The position numbers and the translations under genes were made by a program. This document shows, in pieces, positions 50,050 through 55,525 of a DNA stretch of 55,525 bases. The stretch is from contig JACQZM010000191.1 of NCBI GenBank assembly GCA_016213885.1, forward strand, positions 1-55,525, in the 5' to 3' direction. Under the pieces are notes generated by a model. The model was given only the letters and a program-made list of their open reading frames with translations. It did no database searches and was not told the origin of the DNA. Each line of letters starts with the position of its first letter. Position 1 is the first letter of the stretch. The stretch comes from Candidatus Rifleibacteriota bacterium (lineage in GTDB: Bacteria > Muiribacteriota > UBA6191 > JACPRK01 > JACQZM01).

Positions 50050-52227
50050 ATGGCCGAGCATGACGAACGGGGCTCACCCCTGGGGGCATCAGACAGCATG
50101 GCCACGGGAAACGCATCGCCCGCGAATCGACACCTGGCGGTCCTTCTGATCGCCGTGGCTCTGTGCTACGTCCACGGGTACTACGAGTCGTTCGTGTTCG
50201 ACGACATCAACCTCATCGAACGAAACGAATCGATCCGCAGTCTCGACTACCTGCCCGGCCTGGTGGGGCTCGGAGGCGAGAAGGTCCCCACCCACCGGGT
50301 GGTGAGAACGCTGACCTACGCCCTCGACTACCAGCTCTGGGGGACCAACGCCAAGGGATACCACCTCACCAACCTGCTCATCCACCTGCTGAACGTCGTT
50401 CTGGTCCTGAAGATCGGGTCGCTCCTCTGGCCTTCGGGCCCCACCCCGTTCCTGGCGGCGCTGCTGTGGGGCATCCACCCGGTCCAGACCGAGGCGGTGA
50501 CGTACCTGTCGGGTCGCAGGGACGTCCTCTCCGCCCTGTTCTATCTGTGGGCGGTGTTCCTCTACCTGAGGTGGAGGTGCGGTCACGGGTCGCCCCGACA
50601 TCTCGCGGGCTGCCTGGCCGCGTACGCGATCGGCTGCTTCACCAAGGAGGTGACGGTCACCGTACCGGGAGTGATCGGCGCCTACGAGCTGGTCCGGTTC
50701 TTCAAGGACCGATCGGTCGAGGCCGCGAAGCTGCCGGACGGGACAGGTCCGGGATTCGTCGGGGCGCTGCTGTCGCGGGTGCGGGACCTGGTCGGCGGGG
50801 CGCCGCTGTTCTTCGGGTTGCTGGCCCTCTTCCCGCTGGCGTTCACGGCGTACATATTCAAGCTCCACCCGTTCAACTACGGGCAGTACTACGTCACCCG
50901 GCCCCTTCCCACGGACCTCCTCTCCCTGGCCAAGTTCGGTGTGCACTACCTCTGGCTGCTGATCTTCCCGAAGGACCTCTCGATCGACTACTTCCCCGAA
51001 TCGCTCTCCCCGTCCACGGGGCTCCTGGAGCCCGCCACACTGGGAGCGCTGGCAGTCCACCTGGCGCTCGCCGTCGTGCTGATCCGGTTCACCTGGCGTG
51101 GCTCCAAGGCCGCCTTCGCCGGGCTCTGGTTCGTCGTGACGTTCCTGCCCATGTCGAACCTGTTCTTCTCGAGCAACGAGCCGGTGGCGGAGCACTATCT
51201 GTACCTCCCGTCGGTGGGGTTCTTCTGGGCCGTCGCCCTGGGCGTGGCGGCGATCCAGACCCTGAGGCCGGACTGGACGCCTCTCGTGAACGCGTTCGTG
51301 GTGGTGGCGGCGCTGGGCCTCGCGTTCCGGACCGATGGGAGGAACCGGGAATGGGAGGACCCTGTCCGCATCTACAGGAGCTCCCTGTCGGTCTTTCCAC
51401 GGAACTCCCGCCTCATGAACAACCTGGCCTGCTACTACCTGGGCCGCCAGGACTACGAGAAGGCGCTTCCGCTGCTGGATGCGTCGATGAAGCTCTCGCC
51501 CCGGGAGAACCTCTACCACTACAACAAGGCGCTGGCCCTCAGGAAGCTCGGCCTGTTCAAAGAGGCCCATCTGGAGTACCAGGAGGCGCTCAGGGGGGCG
51601 CCGCACTACGTGGATGCCATGATGGGACTGGCGTTCAACCAGATCCTCCTCAAGGACTTCAGGGGGGCGCTGTCCACGTACGAGCATGCCCTGCACCACG
51701 TGGGAGACCGGGCCTGGTACATCCACCACTGGCGGGGGGTGGCGCTGCGCGAGCTCGGCGACTTCGCCAGATCCAGAGAGGAGTTCCAGGCCGCTCTGAA
51801 GCTGGGGCACAGGCACCCCGAGACGCTCTGGCAGCTGGCGCTGGCCATCGCGGCCCAGGCCCGGACCCGGACCGGCGAGCCCCGAGGGCGAGCCGGGAGG
51901 CTCCGTTCGGAGGCCGAACAGCTGCTCGAGGAGGCGGTGGCGGCAGCACCGGAGTCGGCGGTGCTCAGGGGCACGCTGGGCGATCTGTACAGGGAGTCCG
52001 GCGACCTGGCCAGGGCGCTGGAGCAGTACACGGCCATGGGGCTGGCCAACGAGGAGTACACCGCCGAATCGGCGCTCAGGAGGGCCCGGGTGCACAGGCA
52101 GACGGGCGACCGGGCCAAGGCGCTGGAGGCGTACAGAGCCGCCCTGTCGTTCGGGTTCGCCGACAAAGATCTGGAGGGCTACCTGGGTCTGAGCAGCTCG
52201 AGCTCGGCGAACCGCTCCGTGCGGTAG
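50050..52227 (+). CDS. TMTC-like GT-C glycosyltransferase (DUF1736-type) with C-terminal TPRs
   Basis: FVFDD, YHLTNLLIH, HPVQTEAVTYLSGRRD, TKE, LSIDY, AEHYLYLPSVG, then TPR repeats. Confidence 0.88.
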   Translation: MAEHDERGSPLGASDSMATGNASPANRHLAVLLIAVALCYVHGYYESFVFDDINLIERNESIRSLDYLPGLVGLGGEKVPTHRVVRTLTYALDYQLWGTNAKGYHLTNLLIHLLNVVLVLKIGSLLWPSGPTPFLAALLWGIHPVQTEAVTYLSGRRDVLSALFYLWAVFLYLRWRCGHGSPRHLAGCLAAYAIGCFTKEVTVTVPGVIGAYELVRFFKDRSVEAAKLPDGTGPGFVGALLSRVRDLVGGAPLFFGLLALFPLAFTAYIFKLHPFNYGQYYVTRPLPTDLLSLAKFGVHYLWLLIFPKDLSIDYFPESLSPSTGLLEPATLGALAVHLALAVVLIRFTWRGSKAAFAGLWFVVTFLPMSNLFFSSNEPVAEHYLYLPSVGFFWAVALGVAAIQTLRPDWTPLVNAFVVVAALGLAFRTDGRNREWEDPVRIYRSSLSVFPRNSRLMNNLACYYLGRQDYEKALPLLDASMKLSPRENLYHYNKALALRKLGLFKEAHLEYQEALRGAPHYVDAMMGLAFNQILLKDFRGALSTYEHALHHVGDRAWYIHHWRGVALRELGDFARSREEFQAALKLGHRHPETLWQLALAIAAQARTRTGEPRGRAGRLRSEAEQLLEEAVAAAPESAVLRGTLGDLYRESGDLARALEQYTAMGLANEEYTAESALRRARVHRQTGDRAKALEAYRAALSFGFADKDLEGYLGLSSSSSANRSVR

Positions 52228-53869
52228 GCTTCCCCGAGATCGAGGCAGGTCAGATCCAGGGAGAGCGCCTCCTCGAGGTGCGCCCTGGCCTTGTCCATCT
52301 GGCCGTTCACGGCGTAGACCTTGGCCAGCGAGTAGAACAGGAGCCGGTTCCGCGGCGACGACCGCCTCGCGTCGTCGAACGCCCTGAAGGCGCCGTCCCG
52401 GTCGTTCGCCTCGAGGAGGTCCAGCCCCCGGTGGAAGAGGATCTCCCCGCCGACAGCCGCCGCCTCGTAGTCGACCAGCGCCGGGTCCCCGGCGATCCGT
52501 GCCCGGAGTGGACCGCCCGGTGCCGCGGTGGGAGCTCTCCCGGAAGGAAGTTGGCGTACATCTCGTGGGATGGGACCTTGCCCTGTCGGAAGACCGGCAG
52601 GAGCCCTTCGTACTCCTCCTGCCCGCCGATGTGCACGTCCTTGCGCACGCCCTCGCAGTACTGGAGGTAGTCGACCATCAGCGTGGACGCATCGCCCGCC
52701 AGGAACAGGATCGCCCCCCGGGGCAGCGGGGCCAGCAGAGCCTGGGCATAGTCGCGAGGAAAGACCGTGCCGGAGCGGTCGCACCGGCTCCGGTTGGCCC
52801 AGCCCGACCAGAGAAGCAGCGCCACGGCCAGCCCCAGGACCCAGGGACCGCGGCGATCGAGGCCCACCATGAGCCGTTCCAGACCGATGGCGAAGAAGAT
52901 CGAGAGCACCAGGCCCCACAGCAGGAAGTAGCGAGGAAGGAAGTAGATGTCCCGGTTGTCTCCGTAGGCCAGCAGGATGAACAGGTTGAGGAGCGCCGGC
53001 ACTCCCAGCAGGAGGTGGAGCCGCCCCCCGATCCGGTGGATCCCATGAACCCCGAACGCCGCCACCACCAGCAGAGCGGCGGACCAGGGGTGGTCACCGG
53101 CCACACCATGGACCAGGGTCGAGAAGAACGCCCTGACGTTGGCCGGCGAGCGGGCGAACTGCTTGTTCCGGTAGCGCTTCTCGGTCAGGTAGTCGGTCAT
53201 CTGCCCCACGGTGGTCAACGGACCGTAGGCGTTGTACCGCGTGACCGGCGCCCGGATCGGCAGGTACGCGTAGAGCGAGAGGGCGAGGACGAACAGCGCG
53301 AGCGCCTGGGCCCGGCGGGTCCATGATTCCTGGAGCGCCACATAGGCCAGAAGCGGCAGGATGAGGACCGCCAGCAGGTGGGTCGAGAGGGAGAAGCCCG
53401 CCAGAAGCGCCAGCAGGAGGAACGACCTGGAGCCTCGACGATCGAGGACCACCAGCACGAGGAGGAGCTCCCAGGCCAGGAGCGCCTGGGTCAGCCGATA
53501 GGTCCGGGCGATCGTGGCCTGGGACCACGGAGTGGCCGCGAGCCCGTAGGTGAGCGCCCCGACCAGGGCGAGGGAGGGGCGGACTTGCCGGCGGAGGATC
53601 CAGAAGACGGCGAGGCAGGCGCTGGCCGAAGCGACGCTCGACAGCAGGTTGACCCGGAGCGCCAGCGATCCCAGCGGCACCCGGCAGAACAGGTTCCCCA
53701 GCAGACAGTAGAGCGGAAACCCCGTGGGCTGGGCCACCCCCAGGGTGTGGGCCAGGGCGATCATCTCGCCGGAATCGCCCACGTAGACCGTCGGACAGAC
53801 CGTGGCGACGTAGCACAGAAGCGGCAGGAAGAAGGCCAGAAGAGCGGGGAAGAACCGCGGGAGGCTCAG
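52179..53869 (-). pseudogene. DUF2723 / TMEM260-like GT-C glycosyltransferase with TPR tail, frameshifted near 52505
   Basis: YVATVCPTVYVGDSGE...LGVAQPTGFPLY, RVNLLS, WSQAT, YLPIRA, RYFL, GD...YLQ...GVRKDV; second frame carries TPRs; frame open upstream to a CTG overlapping the preceding stop. Confidence 0.85.
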
Positions 53870-54054
53870 AGGAGGAAGGCCCAGAGCATGGCCAGGATGC
53901 CGCCGACGATGACCGGCGGGGCCAGATCCGGGTGGTTCCGGGCCAGCAGGATGAACCCCAGGATGTACGTCAACAGCCCGATACCGAAGACGACCCAGTT
54001 GGTGGCCGTCAGCTCTTCATGCGCGTCGTCGGTCCGGGGGGGAACGTCGCCCAT
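53866..54054 (-). CDS. Small two-TM membrane protein (DUF3098-like)
   Basis: NWVVFGIGLLTYILGFILL...LAPPVIVGGILAMLWAFLL; stop overlaps the DUF2723 reading frame. Confidence 0.6.
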   Translation of the reverse strand: MGDVPPRTDDAHEELTATNWVVFGIGLLTYILGFILLARNHPDLAPPVIVGGILAMLWAFLL

Positions 54055-54095
54055 CGTTCGCAGTCTAGCAGCGCCGCGTCTCGTTGGCAAGGCGC

Positions 54096-54307
54096 CCAGG
54101 ATCCCCCGCCTGTTTCGCGGATTCGGGCCTGTGATCAGGCCTCGGCCTGGCTGCAGAGTCACCGAGGACGTGGAGGGGGTTCATTTGAAGTCGCGCTCGG
54201 GATAGAGAAAGAGGAGGGGATCCGGATTGAGGTCGCGCTCGGGGGCGCGACTCGGACCCGGCGAGGCGCCGGGTCTGGCGACTCGGATCCGGCGAGGCGC
54301 CGGGTCT
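54096..54307 (+). repeat. Modular intergenic repeat, copy 6 (A-B'-B-C-C)
   Basis: Full module A, two B-type units, hairpins at 54255-54275 and 54286-54306. Confidence 0.92.
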
Positions 54308-54334
54308 TGACAAGATGGGGAGCCGGGGTAAAGT
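54307..54334 (+). promoter_or_regulatory. Possible sigma70 promoter abutting the repeat
   Basis: TTGACA (54307-12), 16-nt spacer, TAAAGT (54329-34). Confidence 0.45.
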
Positions 54335-54424
54335 GGCACCGGAGTCCATGGTCGTTTCCCGCTCCCGATGCCCCACCCCGCCGCCGCGGGCCGGTCAGGG
54401 AGAGCGAACCCGGCGCGTCCGGTC

Positions 54425-55366
54425 ATGTCTCATCCCGAACTCTCCGTCGTCATTCCGGTCTACAACGAGGAAGAGGTTCTTCCGTCCCTCTTCAAGGAGC
54501 TCGACGGCGTCCTCGCTGCGCTGGGTCTCGCCCACGAGATCATCCTGGTCAACGACGGTTCCAGGGACGGCTCTCTGGAGCTCCTGGAGCGGTTCGTCCT
54601 GTCCCGTTCCGATGTGAAGGTGGTGGATCTGTCGAGGAACTTCGGCCACCAGGCCGCCATCTCCGCAGGCCTGGACTGCGCCAGGGGCGACGCGGTCATC
54701 GTGATGGACGCCGACCTCCAGGACCCCCCGGACCTGATCCCCGAGCTGGTCACCAGGTGGCGCCAGGGGTTCGACGTGGTGTCGGCCGTGCGCAAGGAGC
54801 GGGAGGGCGAGTCGTTCCTCAAGAGGGCGCTCACCTACGTGTTCTACCGTATCCTGCGGGCTGTCGCGGGGGTGGACATCCCCGTGGACGTGGGCGATTT
54901 CCGCCTGATCGGCCGGTCCGTCGTCGACCAGGTGAAGCTCTGCCGGGAGCGGAACCGGTTCGTCCGCGGGATCATCGCGTGGGTCGGGTTCAGACCGTCC
55001 CTGGTGGAGTACGTGCGCCCGGGCCGGCTGGCCGGCCAGACCAAGTACTCGTGGCGGAAGCTGCTCCGTCTGGCCCTGGACGGGCTGGCGTCGTTCTCGT
55101 ACCTGCCGCTCCAGCTCGCCAGCTGGCTCGGGTTCTGCTTCGCCTTCCTGGCGTTCGCCTACGCGTCGTGGGCCGTGGCGGTCATCGGCCTGGGGCACCA
55201 CCCGCCGGCCGGCTGGACGTCTCTGGCGTTCGTGGTGCTCGGGCTCGGGGGGGTGCAGCTGATCTGCCTGGGCACCATCGGCGAGTACCTGGGCAGGGTG
55301 TACGATGAGGTGAGGGGGCGACCGCTGTACATCGTCAGGCGGGTCATCGAACCGCCGTCCAGCTGA
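54425..55366 (+). CDS. GT2 polyprenol-phosphate glycosyltransferase (GtrB/ArnC/DPM1-like)
   Basis: SVVIPVYNEE, VNDGSRD, SRNFGHQAA, MDADLQDPP, GDFRL, GEYLGRVYDEVRGRPLY; two C-terminal TM helices. Confidence 0.93.
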   Translation: MSHPELSVVIPVYNEEEVLPSLFKELDGVLAALGLAHEIILVNDGSRDGSLELLERFVLSRSDVKVVDLSRNFGHQAAISAGLDCARGDAVIVMDADLQDPPDLIPELVTRWRQGFDVVSAVRKEREGESFLKRALTYVFYRILRAVAGVDIPVDVGDFRLIGRSVVDQVKLCRERNRFVRGIIAWVGFRPSLVEYVRPGRLAGQTKYSWRKLLRLALDGLASFSYLPLQLASWLGFCFAFLAFAYASWAVAVIGLGHHPPAGWTSLAFVVLGLGGVQLICLGTIGEYLGRVYDEVRGRPLYIVRRVIEPPSS

Positions 55367-55368
55367 TC

Positions 55369-55525
55369 GTGGAACCCCAGGTTTACCAGGAGATAGCCGA
55401 TCTGGAGGATTGGCACTGGTGGTTCGTGGGCACTCGCCGGGCACTCCTGGGCTGCGTGCTGCCGGGCCTCGAGCCGACCGCCAGGGTGCTGGATGCGGGG
55501 TGCGGGTCCGGCGGAACGCTGAGGG
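55369..55525 (+). CDS. Class I SAM-dependent methyltransferase (N-terminus only)
   Basis: Hand translation from GTG: MEPQVYQEIADLEDWHWWFVG...RVLDAGCGSGG. Confidence 0.8.
   Translation, partial: MEPQVYQEIADLEDWHWWFVGTRRALLGCVLPGLEPTARVLDAGCGSGGTLR

Overview
High-GC bacterial chromosomal segment dominated by cell-envelope and surface genes, from a diderm that appears to tether its outer membrane with SLH-coiled-coil-beta-barrel (OmpM-like) proteins. The gene set suggests a deep-branching, probably uncultured lineage (Riflebacteria/Wallbacteria-like is a guess). In order: a partial PHA synthase pair; a 9xIPT/TIG + 14xFG-GAP lipoprotein; an Omp-alpha-like SLH protein; Uma2; a ~2,200-aa Ig-repeat protein with a T9SS/FlgD-type C-terminal domain coupled to a PorV/PorQ-like barrel; an IS1634 scar and AAA_14 ATPase; STN-only and POTRA-only proteins; methyltransferase-TPR-trpC; a Ser/Thr kinase; nrdJ; three tandem OmpM-like genes; pilB-pilT-pilC; and a pilin flanked by two TMTC-like and one DUF2723/TMEM260-like GT-C glycosyltransferases plus a GT2. 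Main hunt results: (1) a candidate pilin/surface-protein O-glycosylation system built from bacterial homologues of animal domain-specific O-mannosyltransferases; (2) a six-copy modular (BOX-like) intergenic repeat with a covarying hairpin; (3) a conserved CAAG-N12-CTTG hairpin in the leaders of all three OmpM-like genes; (4) a T9SS-like cargo/shuttle gene pair; (5) five frameshifting junctions that look like microhomology deletions, plus a TAG in pilB, which may be assembly artefacts. All calls come from reading motifs by eye; no searches were run.
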